Source: a virus (lineage: Duplodnaviria; Caudoviricetes). From it: 64,000 bases of DNA. The position numbers and the translations under genes are program-made. The stretch covers positions 1,232 through 65,231 of the IMG/VR virus record IMGVR_UViG_3300020161_000678, one strand, 5' to 3'. The notes under the pieces are model-generated. The model was given only the letters and a program-made list of their open reading frames with translations, was not told the origin of the DNA and searched no databases. How positions within the stretch are numbered: the first letter of the stretch is position 1; every line of letters starts with the position of its first letter. This document shows, piece after piece, positions 1 to 9,574 of the stretch.

Positions 1-225
1 TCTTTTACGAAACTCTCTTACATCGGTAGTGCCGGAAATAAATGCCAACAATTCACCCTTGATCTGATTCCATGCCATCTTTTTAGTGGTGAGCAACGGA
101 AAGCCTTCAGCTAGATCATGTTGAATCATTGTGCCGAAAATGCCTTTGGTTCTAATGCCAGTTCTGTTATCTGACCATTGGCCTTCTTCAGCAACTTTTT
201 GTAACAAATCTAAATACTGTTTCAT
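1..225 (-). CDS. thyA: Thymidylate synthase, N-terminal part (runs off the window start)
   Basis: Manual translation MKQYLDLLQKVAEEGQWSDNRTGIRTKGIFG...DLAEGFPLLTTKKMAW..IKGELLAF matches the ThyA N-terminus; GGAG RBS upstream. Not in the ORF track. Confidence 0.9.
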   Translation of the reverse strand, partial: MKQYLDLLQKVAEEGQWSDNRTGIRTKGIFGTMIQHDLAEGFPLLTTKKMAWNQIKGELLAFISGTTDVREFRKR

Positions 226-236
226 ATCAACTCCAA

Positions 237-1781
237 TTATAAAATATCTTTCAGTTTAACTTTACCTTCAATAATGGCTTTTGAAATTTCAATGCCTTCT
301 TTCAAGAAATTGTAAACCCGTTCTTCAACACTATTCTTTGTTATCAGAAAATAGTAATACACCCTGTCACTCTTTTGTCCCTGTCTATGAATCCGCTTCA
401 ACGACTGTCTGTAAACAATTGGATCATCGGTTGGTTCATAGTACAAACAATAAGCAGCGTTCTGTAAATTGAGTCCTGTACTGCCAGAAAGTATTTGAAT
501 AACAAATGCTCTTGACTTAGGATCATTTTTAAAGCTTTCATAATCTTTAATGGTGTCTTTTCCGCCACCAGTAAATTTTATTTTCAGTTTGCTTAATCGT
601 TCGCGGATCATTTTACCACTTTCGTCGAAGTAATAAAAGATCACAATTTTTTGACCAGTAGGCAAATCTTCCATGATCTCCTGAAGTTCGTCAAGTTTGT
701 TATTGCCTGGGAAGCGAAGTGCTATCTTTTCTTTCTCACTAACCTTTTCATACAAAAAGCCAGAACATATTTGACGACCTTTGTTATACATGTTCTCAGC
801 CGCAGCACCTTCAATCTTAGCATCCTTAACTTTGTTTCTCAGATCATGTATTTCTTTTAAAGCTTGTGCTGAGTAATCAACACTTCTGATAATGAACATC
901 TGTTTAGGAAGATCATCACACTCATGATCGGCATAGTACACTGACTTATTCTTTATGAAACCAGACAGTATTGGTTCTTTCTTTTTATCAAGAAAGTAAT
1001 CCATGCCACCAAAATGACCTGGCTTGGCATTGAAGAATGCTTGTCTGAATAATGTTATATTCTTTCCAAGCGTTTCACCTCTGTCAATCAAATAGAATTG
1101 ACTCCACAAGTCTTGTGGATCACGACCTAGCGGTGTGCCAGTCAAACCATATCTGTATGGTGTTTTTTCACAAATTTTATCACACAGATCAAATGTTAAT
1201 GATTCTGCGTTCTTTGCTTTATGAATCTCATCAAGAACAACCATGTCGAACATATTGATAAAGTCTTTTGCAAGATCAGGATCGTATAAACGTTTCTTTT
1301 TCTTACTTCGTCTTACCTGTTGTAACGTGGTCATCAGCACAGGCAGTCCTTCATAATTGATTACGAAGATGTCTGCTTCTGACTTTAACAGCTCTTGACG
1401 TTCTTTAGATGTTCCATAAAGCATTGCTACCTTGTAATTGGAAAACTCAATAATTTGTTCTTCCCAATTTTTAATGTTTACTACGTTTGGAACAACAGCA
1501 AGCATCTTTTTAGCAAGACCTTCTTTTCTAAGGAAGTCAAATACCATGAGTGATATTGCAGTCTTTCCTAATCCCATATCCAAGTGCAACATAAAATTAT
1601 TTGTGTTGACACAGATATAGTAAGATGCCTTTTGATGCCGTCTTGGTTTGAGTCTCAGTGACAATGGAACATTAAGATCACTGATAGCCTCATCAAGCTC
1701 AGTATCGGATACCGTTTTTATCCAATCATGGGAATCCAATTTGCGAGCTAAAAAGTGTTCTATCACATCTTTCTTTAACAT
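237..1781 (-). CDS. SNF2-family (SF2) helicase
   Basis: LDMGLGKT Walker A, DEIH motif II, LTGTP motif III, GLNLQ and RIHRQGQ motifs. Start moved to MLKKDV. Confidence 0.88.
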   Translation of the reverse strand: MLKKDVIEHFLARKLDSHDWIKTVSDTELDEAISDLNVPLSLRLKPRRHQKASYYICVNTNNFMLHLDMGLGKTAISLMVFDFLRKEGLAKKMLAVVPNVVNIKNWEEQIIEFSNYKVAMLYGTSKERQELLKSEADIFVINYEGLPVLMTTLQQVRRSKKKKRLYDPDLAKDFINMFDMVVLDEIHKAKNAESLTFDLCDKICEKTPYRYGLTGTPLGRDPQDLWSQFYLIDRGETLGKNITLFRQAFFNAKPGHFGGMDYFLDKKKEPILSGFIKNKSVYYADHECDDLPKQMFIIRSVDYSAQALKEIHDLRNKVKDAKIEGAAAENMYNKGRQICSGFLYEKVSEKEKIALRFPGNNKLDELQEIMEDLPTGQKIVIFYYFDESGKMIRERLSKLKIKFTGGGKDTIKDYESFKNDPKSRAFVIQILSGSTGLNLQNAAYCLYYEPTDDPIVYRQSLKRIHRQGQKSDRVYYYFLITKNSVEERVYNFLKEGIEISKAIIEGKVKLKDIL

Positions 1782-1900
1782 AGCTTTCACTCTTCTCGTC
1801 AAGAAGCTCTCCTGCAAGATACAGAAGTGCTTCTCTTCTTTGGTGGTCAGATCCGTGAATCAGCATTATTGCTGCAATCTGGTCATTTGTTTCAGATCTT

Positions 1901-3340
1901 TCAATCACGTCTTTTAATATCCATTTTCTTTCTTACTGGTTTAGACTCTTCAGGTGAATTACTTTTCAGTACGTCCCAATATCTGTTATCGTTCATTAGT
2001 ATGGCATCAACACAGAACTTACCGAATCTGTATGATTGTGATATAAGAACTGATTGCTCTCTTTCTTCATCACGCGCCTTAGCAATAAACAGTCTAGCCA
2101 GCCCAAGTTTCTGTTCAGCAGAAGTTTGGCAGTAAGCAAAAATGTTATCTGCTGTTGCCGCTTTACTGTAATCTTCTGAAAGATGCTTTACTGTAATTAC
2201 TTTTGCATCTTCAGCAAGACGATTAGTTTGAGATGCGGTAACGATTGCAATATTTCTTTCAACTGCAATTCTTCGTAACTCTTTATACACGATACCTGTA
2301 TCAATACGAATATTCGCACCACTTATTTCCATTAAGTCTGCATAGTCTAGCATAAGAAGTTCAGGAGTGTAGTTTAAATATCTTGCCATGCTATCAAGAT
2401 ACACTTCCAAACCTTTAATTGATAAGCCGTTAGTTGGAAATCTTTTTACATAGAACTTCCAACGTTCTTTAAACATTCTTATCTTTGCAGCAATTTCTTC
2501 CCTTGATTCAGAACTGTAATCAATCACTGGTCGTTCCCAGTTTTGAAAGATTACATTGCTAAATCTGTTCATCTCATCACGTTCAAAACGTGCCACCTTA
2601 CCACTGTTCTTTGAGGTACTCATCGAGAACAAGTTCTGAACATAACGTCTACACATCTTTTCTTCAGACATTTCAAGTGAAAGGTGAAGAACTTTATAAC
2701 CTAAACGAACCGCAGTAGATCCTAAATGCACCATACCGAATGTCTTGCCTCTGTTTGGTGGAGCTAGAATAACCATAAGTTCGCCTGGTGCTGGCCCAAA
2801 CTTCATGGCATCGAATGGTGCGATACCTGTTGGTATGGGATCTATTTCGTCAGATAAGAACTTTAAGCTTTTTGATGTATCAGTGAATAAAATACCAGGG
2901 TCGAAAGTGGTGATCTCATCACGTCCAGCATTAGCCAGAATTGATTGTGCGCCATCTAAGTCGCCATTCTTAATTGAGTTAGCTGCCTCAATTACAGAGG
3001 TCTTTAACTTCTGACCTTTAATGAACTTGTTTAGCTGGCTGAGAGTAAACTTCTCATTTACGCTAGTGCTGGTCTCATGCAAGGACATAACTGTTCTTGC
3101 ATAAGTCTTTTCAGTTTTTGGATCATTTAATTGTGGCTCTAACAATTCAACAATGTGTTCTTTACAAGGCGTTTTGTAAGTCTTGTAATAGTCAATAGCT
3201 TGGATAGCTACTGTCTTATACACATCGTTTTCAAACAATCCTGGATCAAGTGAGTTTACTATTATTGGAGCTGATGCTTCTGAGAAGCATAGTAATACTA
3301 AAAGATTTTCTTGTAAAAATCCATCAATTAAATCTGACAT
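1901..3340 (-). CDS. dnaB: DnaB-like replicative helicase
   Basis: GELMVILAPPNRGKT Walker A, LSLEMS, LDYADLM Walker B, ASQTNR, IAKARD. Confidence 0.88.
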   Translation of the reverse strand: MSDLIDGFLQENLLVLLCFSEASAPIIVNSLDPGLFENDVYKTVAIQAIDYYKTYKTPCKEHIVELLEPQLNDPKTEKTYARTVMSLHETSTSVNEKFTLSQLNKFIKGQKLKTSVIEAANSIKNGDLDGAQSILANAGRDEITTFDPGILFTDTSKSLKFLSDEIDPIPTGIAPFDAMKFGPAPGELMVILAPPNRGKTFGMVHLGSTAVRLGYKVLHLSLEMSEEKMCRRYVQNLFSMSTSKNSGKVARFERDEMNRFSNVIFQNWERPVIDYSSESREEIAAKIRMFKERWKFYVKRFPTNGLSIKGLEVYLDSMARYLNYTPELLMLDYADLMEISGANIRIDTGIVYKELRRIAVERNIAIVTASQTNRLAEDAKVITVKHLSEDYSKAATADNIFAYCQTSAEQKLGLARLFIAKARDEEREQSVLISQSYRFGKFCVDAILMNDNRYWDVLKSNSPEESKPVRKKMDIKRRD

Positions 3341-3345
3341 GTTTT

Positions 3346-4203
3346 CTACCTATAGAATTGAAATGCTTCCACCATCGGTGCTGTTACAGTTATACCTTTG
3401 GTTGCCAAGAACTTTGTTAGCGCAGTCTCGCTGGCATGGTGATATGGAAACAATTCTTCTTCAGAGTAGGAACAAGTCATTCCAGGATATGGTAGCGGTA
3501 GTATCTTTTCTGCCTCAGCTAAATGTTCTTTGTGCTTGACTTTTATCTGTGACAGTTTAAATGGATCAAGCATCATCTTTTTAACAGTCTTGTCACCAAT
3601 GCCTTTGATGCCAGGGAAGTTGTTATGGCTGCCTACCAGTGCTGTATAGAAATTAAAATCTTCAGCTTTAACCGGATAGTATTCTTTAGTAAACAATTCT
3701 TTAGTAAGAAGATATGTTTTACCACCCTTACGTTTGTAGACCATGAAGTTTGGATAAACAAACAATTGGTATAGGTCAGTATCATTTGACGCTACTATGA
3801 TTCTGTCAAACTTGTCTGCATACGTTTTGGTAATGTATCCAATCCAATCATCAGCTTCGTAACCTGTTTCTGACAGTATCGGAATGTTCATCATTTTAAT
3901 GAACTCTTTGCACCAACCTTTGTTGTACGAAAGAGCTTCGTAAAAACCATCAGCATCATCAGACTTCTCACGATCACCTTTATACTTAGAGTAAACTGCT
4001 TCTCTAAAGTACGGACGCTTATCGTCACAGATAATAACATGCTCTGGCTGGACGTAGTTAATCATAGAGCATAACTGAATGACGAACCCGTAGAAGCCAC
4101 CAGTCATTTGACCTCGGTGTGCCAACTCTTTATTGACAGCCATTGACCGCATAAGAGTGTTATTAAAGTCTATCAACAAAACATCATTTGAGATTGCTTT
4201 CAT
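3346..4203 (-). CDS. 5'-3' exonuclease / flap endonuclease (PolI N-terminus / T4 RNase H-like)
   Basis: LLIDFNN, YKGDR, GYEADDWIG, SNDTDLYQL, PGIKGIGDKT (HhH). Confidence 0.9.
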   Translation of the reverse strand: MKAISNDVLLIDFNNTLMRSMAVNKELAHRGQMTGGFYGFVIQLCSMINYVQPEHVIICDDKRPYFREAVYSKYKGDREKSDDADGFYEALSYNKGWCKEFIKMMNIPILSETGYEADDWIGYITKTYADKFDRIIVASNDTDLYQLFVYPNFMVYKRKGGKTYLLTKELFTKEYYPVKAEDFNFYTALVGSHNNFPGIKGIGDKTVKKMMLDPFKLSQIKVKHKEHLAEAEKILPLPYPGMTCSYSEEELFPYHHASETALTKFLATKGITVTAPMVEAFQFYR

Positions 4204-4219
4204 TTATGTTTCCTTTTCT

Positions 4220-4492
4220 TTATGCCAGGTCTAACCGTCTAGTACGTTGTTCTTTCCACTCAATGTATTGTTTAAATACATACAAATCCAAGCAAAGAGC
4301 ATCTAAGAACTCAAAGTTAGTGTATGCGCGTGACCGTACCTCATATGATGCAAGTATCTCGCATGTATTAGCATCTCCAACCAATCCTGATTCCCCATCA
4401 GCTTTAAATAAATTTCCAGTTATGATAAACCCATCTTCTTTATCTAGAAGCTTTACGCCAGATTCAGTTTCTACAACAGTTACCATTTTCAT
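4220..4492 (-). CDS. Hypothetical protein
   Basis: 90-aa ORF in frame with the operon; no motif recognised. Confidence 0.55.
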   Translation of the reverse strand: MKMVTVVETESGVKLLDKEDGFIITGNLFKADGESGLVGDANTCEILASYEVRSRAYTNFEFLDALCLDLYVFKQYIEWKEQRTRRLDLA

Positions 4493-5524
4493 CTACTTGC
4501 CCTCAAATATCTTCATGCCAACACCCAGCAGGCACTCATCAATGCTTTCTACCTTGGCGAACTTCAGTAATATATCTTTAGATGAAAGCGACTTCATATT
4601 AGTCTTGATAAAGTCTTTCATCTCTGAATGAGCCTCAGCTTCTGAAACTTTCTCCATACGAAGGTCGTGCAGTTCTATTTCAGCTTCGTCACAGTAGTTC
4701 TTTATCGCTTTCTTAATGTCCTGCCATTCGTGCAACTGGTTTTTATCCAACTGCAATGTGATCTTAACTTGATCGCCTTTACTTAGTTCTTCTAAGTCAG
4801 AAATTACATCTTCAATAGAAGTTAACTCTTTTATAATGTGTGGACGTTTTATGGTTTGCAATGGAATAAATCTAAGTTTATCCCCAACAATAGCAAGCAT
4901 CCGAGGAGTATAATCATCACCAAAAGAAACAGGATGTTGCGTACCAATGTAAATAACTTTTCCGAGTTCTTGAGGAACGTGGATATCGCCGGAAATAATC
5001 TTTGCAGAACATTTATTAAAAAAGTTAACATCTAAGCCTTCCTTCATCTCATGGTAATTTGAAACTTTTGCACCTATTATTGACTGGTGCATAAAGACAT
5101 ATTTAAGTGCTGGGCGTTCAATTATATCTAAATATTCCGCCCAGGTGTGTTCTGGTGTTCTGCTGTGTGGCAGAAACAACATTTCTTGATCTTCAAAGTA
5201 TGTTGGTTTTGAAATCCATTCAATGTTTTCCAACTTATCTAAGAACCTTAAAAACGCCTGATCTTTATCAACAACATAGTCGTGATTTCCTTGCATGATG
5301 GTTATTGGGCAGAACATGTCTCTTATTGAAACAAGTTCCGTGACTAATCGGTTAACAAGCTCTGACTTGTGTTTATCTTTCTTATCGAACAGATCGCCTA
5401 AGATAAACAACTGGTCGTAGTCGTTTTTTGTTAACTCTGCTTTTGCATGTTTGAAAACATTCCAGCGGTAGTTTTCCGCTGGAACATCTGTCAAGTGCAA
5501 ATCTGTTATGATTAGCACATTCAT
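4493..5524 (-). CDS. SbcD/Mre11-like (T4 gp47-like) metallophosphoesterase nuclease
   Basis: ITDLH, LGDLFD, GNHD, FMHQ, GDIHVPQ, YIGT motifs. Confidence 0.88.
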   Translation of the reverse strand: MNVLIITDLHLTDVPAENYRWNVFKHAKAELTKNDYDQLFILGDLFDKKDKHKSELVNRLVTELVSIRDMFCPITIMQGNHDYVVDKDQAFLRFLDKLENIEWISKPTYFEDQEMLFLPHSRTPEHTWAEYLDIIERPALKYVFMHQSIIGAKVSNYHEMKEGLDVNFFNKCSAKIISGDIHVPQELGKVIYIGTQHPVSFGDDYTPRMLAIVGDKLRFIPLQTIKRPHIIKELTSIEDVISDLEELSKGDQVKITLQLDKNQLHEWQDIKKAIKNYCDEAEIELHDLRMEKVSEAEAHSEMKDFIKTNMKSLSSKDILLKFAKVESIDECLLGVGMKIFEGK

Positions 5525-5526
5525 GT

Positions 5527-6390
5527 CTAATCTACCAGTTCCGCTTCCAAAACTTTCAATCTGTTGGTAGTAACAGCATCGAATGTTTTACCGTCCAAGT
5601 CTCTGAACGGTGAGTTGCGTCCATAGAACAATGAAGTGATAGTGTTGTCCATTGCTATCTGTGCCGATGCTGTTTTGCTGGCATGAGTAGAATGAGCTGT
5701 GAAAGCGTTATAGCAATCCCACATATTCATTGGAAACGCTTGCGGATCAAGTATCTGTTCTAACAATGATTTGCTAAAACGTTTTTCAAGAATGGCATAC
5801 GATTCTTCATAGCCAACCTTGGTATCTTGCCATGACAGCCAAAGATCGGTAAGATGACGCGCATCGTCGATTATTCTAGCAACTTTGCCCTGAAGTGAAG
5901 TTGGATTGAAACCTTCGTCAATCAACTGGCGAGAATTGAAACCAGCGATTGATTGACCGACAACAGCACCGTTGGAACACACTTGACGAAATACGCCTAA
6001 GTCCATTTTGAAGTCACCAGCTCTGCCGTAGTTATTATTCAAGAATAAAAACGGTGTATTAATATCGCCATTGCCAAGGTCAATATCGGCAACGCTATCA
6101 AGGTTGATCTTCGCACGAATCTTAGCACCATGTTTGACAGAAGTCACTTCGATTTGTGGTTCTTTACCAAACATCTTAGCGATTGCTTCATTGACAATTT
6201 CAAGTGCGTCCATGTGACGGATCAAGAATGATTTTGAGTTGTGGATACCAAATAACATATCATGGCTATCTGATAACACAACTTGTTTCTCATCGAACTG
6301 TGAGGACTCAGCCAATGCTGGAAAGGCTTGAATGTACGGCATAATTTCAACATTACGCTGCCAAAGGTCGTTGTTTTGGATGATGTTCAT
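5527..6390 (-). CDS. DUF932-like phage protein
   Basis: FRQVCSNGAVVG motif, upstream LFLNNNYGR, C-terminal MWDCYNAFT. Confidence 0.6.
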   Translation of the reverse strand: MNIIQNNDLWQRNVEIMPYIQAFPALAESSQFDEKQVVLSDSHDMLFGIHNSKSFLIRHMDALEIVNEAIAKMFGKEPQIEVTSVKHGAKIRAKINLDSVADIDLGNGDINTPFLFLNNNYGRAGDFKMDLGVFRQVCSNGAVVGQSIAGFNSRQLIDEGFNPTSLQGKVARIIDDARHLTDLWLSWQDTKVGYEESYAILEKRFSKSLLEQILDPQAFPMNMWDCYNAFTAHSTHASKTASAQIAMDNTITSLFYGRNSPFRDLDGKTFDAVTTNRLKVLEAELVD

Positions 6391-6462
6391 TTGCTGCTCC
6401 TGTTTTAAAGAAAATATAACGTCATTGCTACGTTGATATTATATAAAAACGGCAGCAACGTA

Positions 6463-7032
6463 TCAAGATCGCTTTTTAAATACTAGCGGTTTTTTGACTT
6501 GCTCAGTTATACCCGGCAAATTTGAAATTTTTGAATGTTTGAGAAAATTTTGAAACGATAAAATTTTTAATCCCATATGGCATACGTCAATTTCCACATA
6601 CGATTCTAAATTGAATAGTGAGATACCACTTTGATTAAGACCTACTAGGGTTGGTCTATTGTTTTGACGGGCAATGTAAAATGGAAGTTTCTTATACGTT
6701 TCACATTCTTTGAGAAGCTTCGCCCAGTGTGCTGTTATGCCATCTTTTCTGGTACGAAAGATCAGACCATCTACACCTAAGTCTGAGTAGTGTTTGCATT
6801 CTATTACGAATACTTCCGTTAGTGGTAAGCCTGCCTGTTCTACAGCACATATGTCACCTGCTTGTGACATAAAGTTTCTACCAGAATAAGAAAGCATTGT
6901 AGCTCTGCCACCACTGTTTTGAGAGCGGATTAAAACATCCTCACGCTTTCCGCGCGTAAGCCATAGAGACAAGTCCTTTGCAGTCTTGTTCTCAAAGTTG
7001 TTTCCTTTCTGTTTTGCTCCGCCTGATCTCAT
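6463..7032 (-). CDS. PD-(D/E)xK Holliday-junction resolvase-like nuclease
   Basis: KQKGNNFE, GD, FVIECKHY catalytic signature. Confidence 0.75.
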   Translation of the reverse strand: MRSGGAKQKGNNFENKTAKDLSLWLTRGKREDVLIRSQNSGGRATMLSYSGRNFMSQAGDICAVEQAGLPLTEVFVIECKHYSDLGVDGLIFRTRKDGITAHWAKLLKECETYKKLPFYIARQNNRPTLVGLNQSGISLFNLESYVEIDVCHMGLKILSFQNFLKHSKISNLPGITEQVKKPLVFKKRS

Positions 7033-7454
7033 ATTGTATCAATATATTTTAATCTTCTTTTTCTTATAGCATCCATATAAGACAATAAATCATCTTTTTG
7101 TGCTCTAAGTGCTGTTTTATCTTTAGGAAAATTATACCCATAATGACCTACTTTTTCTACTGAAATTTGACGTAGAATAAATTTAACATGTTCGTTAGCT
7201 CTTCCGTATGAAATGCCTAGTTGCTCTGCGATATATGCAGTTCTAGTTCCATTAATATACCAAACAAACGCCTGTATCTTATCTTCTAAAGTTTCCTTCA
7301 TCAGTCTTTGTTTCTTTTTATCGAAAGTTCCTGATGGATTCTTCTTTAAGCAAGCCTCAGCAATGTGTTTAGCTATGTGTCTGTGATTTTCACAAGCACA
7401 TGTCCAATAAGACAGTGTCTTCACTATTTGTATTGTTTTTATTTCTGTTATCAT
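7029..7454 (-). CDS. HTH-containing hypothetical protein
   Basis: TAYIAEQLGISYGRANEHV HTH-like segment. Confidence 0.45.
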   Translation of the reverse strand: MITEIKTIQIVKTLSYWTCACENHRHIAKHIAEACLKKNPSGTFDKKKQRLMKETLEDKIQAFVWYINGTRTAYIAEQLGISYGRANEHVKFILRQISVEKVGHYGYNFPKDKTALRAQKDDLLSYMDAIRKRRLKYIDTI

Positions 7455-7521
7455 GGTTATCTTCGGTTAGTTAATTTATAAGCTATTATATAAAATACTG
7501 AGCCATTAAAACAGACCATAA

Positions 7522-7605
7522 CTATTTTTTAACCTTTACATATATTACCAGCATTATTAATCCAATAAAAGCCAGCAACGCAAAGAAATCAACTACTATT
7601 AACAT
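7522..7605 (-). CDS. 27-aa single-pass membrane peptide
   Basis: Manual translation MLIVVDFFALLAFIGLIMLVIYVKVKK; GAGG RBS upstream of ATG; below the ORF-track cut-off. Confidence 0.55.
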   Translation of the reverse strand: MLIVVDFFALLAFIGLIMLVIYVKVKK

Positions 7606-7618
7606 AAATACCTCACAT

Positions 7619-7652
7619 AAAAAAACAGGTCAGTTATTACGCTGACCTGTTT
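7619..7652 (-). terminator. Intrinsic terminator after terB-like gene
   Basis: 11-bp stem AAACAGGTCAG/CTGACCTGTTT followed by a T-run on the minus strand. Confidence 0.75.
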
Positions 7653-7670
7653 ATAGAACGTCTACTACGC

Positions 7671-8090
7671 TTACGCTAGACCAAAATCGGCTAAACGCAG
7701 TCTTAATGTACTGGCAACCTTAGTAAGGACAGCCTTTTCAACATCGGAAACGTCACCATCAGATTTGGCAACTGCTAACATAGCCAGCATGACTTCTTCA
7801 CAGTGGTCTGGATTGTTGGCAATTTCTTCAATCTGGTCAAGCATTTTCTTTTGACCAACACCGAAGTCCGCGTCCAAGATATTTGTGTATCGTTGAACGA
7901 CCTTACTGATTTCGTTTCCACGGAACGCTTCTAACAAATCATTAGCGTTAAGAAGCTTTTCCATCTTTAGTGACTCCTCACCAGACATTGTTCCGTCTGC
8001 TGCCGCCACCAATAAACATCCGGCTACAACAGCCTCCATGATGTTTTTGTTTTCGATTTTCTTAGCCTTGTTGAATAAATTACCGAACAT
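7671..8090 (-). CDS. terB: TerB-like tellurite-resistance family protein
   Basis: EAVVAGCLLVAAADG...AVAKSDGDVSDVEKAVL duplicated TerB motifs. Confidence 0.8.
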   Translation of the reverse strand: MFGNLFNKAKKIENKNIMEAVVAGCLLVAAADGTMSGEESLKMEKLLNANDLLEAFRGNEISKVVQRYTNILDADFGVGQKKMLDQIEEIANNPDHCEEVMLAMLAVAKSDGDVSDVEKAVLTKVASTLRLRLADFGLA

Positions 8091-8124
8091 GTTACCTTCT
8101 ATTATAAAGTGAGTGAGTTAAGAT

Positions 8125-8349
8125 TTAAAACATCGCAATTCTAGCTTTAAGAACTAGCGAGTAGTCACACATAAGCAGAGCTTGCTTATTCAGTAACTCT
8201 CTACTTTTTGCATCAAGAGCGTCAAACGCTTCAGATTTGATAAAGTTGTAAAGAGCTTCTACTTTAAGATCAAGCTCTTCTTCTTCTTTAATCACACGTT
8301 CTTGCCATTCTGCTCTAGGCTGTTTAACTTCGTTTGCTTCGTCTGACAT
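8125..8349 (-). CDS. Small coiled-coil phage protein (crAss001_48-like)
   Basis: QERVIKEEEELDLKVEAL..FI...LLNKQALLM.DYSLVLKARI pattern. Start moved to MSDEAN (GAGG RBS). Confidence 0.55.
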   Translation of the reverse strand: MSDEANEVKQPRAEWQERVIKEEEELDLKVEALYNFIKSEAFDALDAKSRELLNKQALLMCDYSLVLKARIAMF

Positions 8350-8356
8350 AGTTACC

Positions 8357-9523
8357 TCAGTATTTTTTAATTTTAGGAAGGAAACTTTCTTCAACAGCTT
8401 CCCATTCTTTCATAACCGCATCATTGATGATAGTTCTTAACTTCTTCAACTCAGCAGGGTTAGACATCATTGTCTTGACCTTTTTTGACGAGGCTGGTGT
8501 CATCTTAGCAGCGTCAGGAAGATCAAGTTGCGACAACACTGATCCAAGTTCTTTGACTAGTTCTAAAAAGTCCAACCCTGCTTCAATGTCATCAATTCCG
8601 TATCCAAAATAAACAGGGTACTCACATTCTCTGAATGGAAGCCCAACTTTATTCTTTTTGCATTTGGCTTTTACCTTTATACCTACAACTCTTGTAGTAC
8701 CTTTTATGGTTTTCTTTATTTTACCTATTTCAGCTAACCACAAAATCTGACTTGCATAAAAGTCCAAACCTTTTCCACCAGCCCTAGTGTACTTTTCTCC
8801 AAAAGAAACTCCGATGTTTTCTCTTACCTGAGAAACAACCATCAAGTGAACAGAGCTTGTTTCTATCTTTTTTATAAGACGTCTAAACATTTCGGAGAGC
8901 TTCTTTTGCTTTCCCATCGCATAAGTGCCTTTATCAATTTCTCTCTTTTGTTCTTCTCTATCAGATAAAGCATCCATAGAGTCAACAATGTAAAGAGTAG
9001 GAACTTTAGCTTTCTCACAAACCTCAGATAAAGAATTGAAAAGAAACTCAACGGTATTATCCGCTTCGCAATCAACAAAATCAATTGAATCTACTGGCAT
9101 GCCTAGTGCTTCTGCATACGAAATATCAAACGCTGATTCTGTTTCAAGGTATTTGATTTCACCGTCAGGAAACCGTCTCAAGAACTGAGAACAAGCTTCG
9201 ATAGCTAACAGCGTTTTTCCGCTTGACTTGTCGCCAACAATATTGGACATTCTGCCAAGTGGGAATCCACCACCAAGTACACAGTCTAAGACCGCGCAAC
9301 CGGAGGAGAACATTTGAATATCTGAGCCTTTGTCAACTTTTGCAAAGTAGTTTCTTTTTGCAACAGCAGGCTTCAGATTAAGTATAGGTCTTGATGATGC
9401 TACGGCTGGCTTAGGTTCATCCTCTTCTTCATCCTCGGGAAGAACTGTGTCGTTCTCCTCATCGGATGGATAGTAATCTGAATCTTGTTCAGCCATTTCA
9501 TCGTAATCGCTTTCTTCTGACAT
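8357..9523 (-). CDS. recA: RecA/UvsX-like recombinase with acidic N-terminal extension
   Basis: GGGFPLGRMSNIVGDKSSGKT, YIVDSMDAL, SQVRENIGVSFG, GGKGLDFYAS, KNKVGLPFR. Confidence 0.92.
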   Translation of the reverse strand: MSEESDYDEMAEQDSDYYPSDEENDTVLPEDEEEDEPKPAVASSRPILNLKPAVAKRNYFAKVDKGSDIQMFSSGCAVLDCVLGGGFPLGRMSNIVGDKSSGKTLLAIEACSQFLRRFPDGEIKYLETESAFDISYAEALGMPVDSIDFVDCEADNTVEFLFNSLSEVCEKAKVPTLYIVDSMDALSDREEQKREIDKGTYAMGKQKKLSEMFRRLIKKIETSSVHLMVVSQVRENIGVSFGEKYTRAGGKGLDFYASQILWLAEIGKIKKTIKGTTRVVGIKVKAKCKKNKVGLPFRECEYPVYFGYGIDDIEAGLDFLELVKELGSVLSQLDLPDAAKMTPASSKKVKTMMSNPAELKKLRTIINDAVMKEWEAVEESFLPKIKKY

Positions 9524-9536
9524 AATATCTCCAATA

Positions 9537-9568
9537 AAAGGGTGTGAAGAGTTGCCCCTTCACACCGT
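9537..9568 (-). terminator. Intrinsic terminator after ssb
   Basis: GGTGTGAAG/CTTCACACC stem plus T-run on the minus strand. Confidence 0.7.
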
Positions 9569-9574
9569 CATGTC

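Noticed and set aside
1726-1908. 60-aa ORF between dnaB and the SNF2 helicase
   Set aside because: It may be real, but it overlaps the helicase start and has no recognisable motif, so it was not called.
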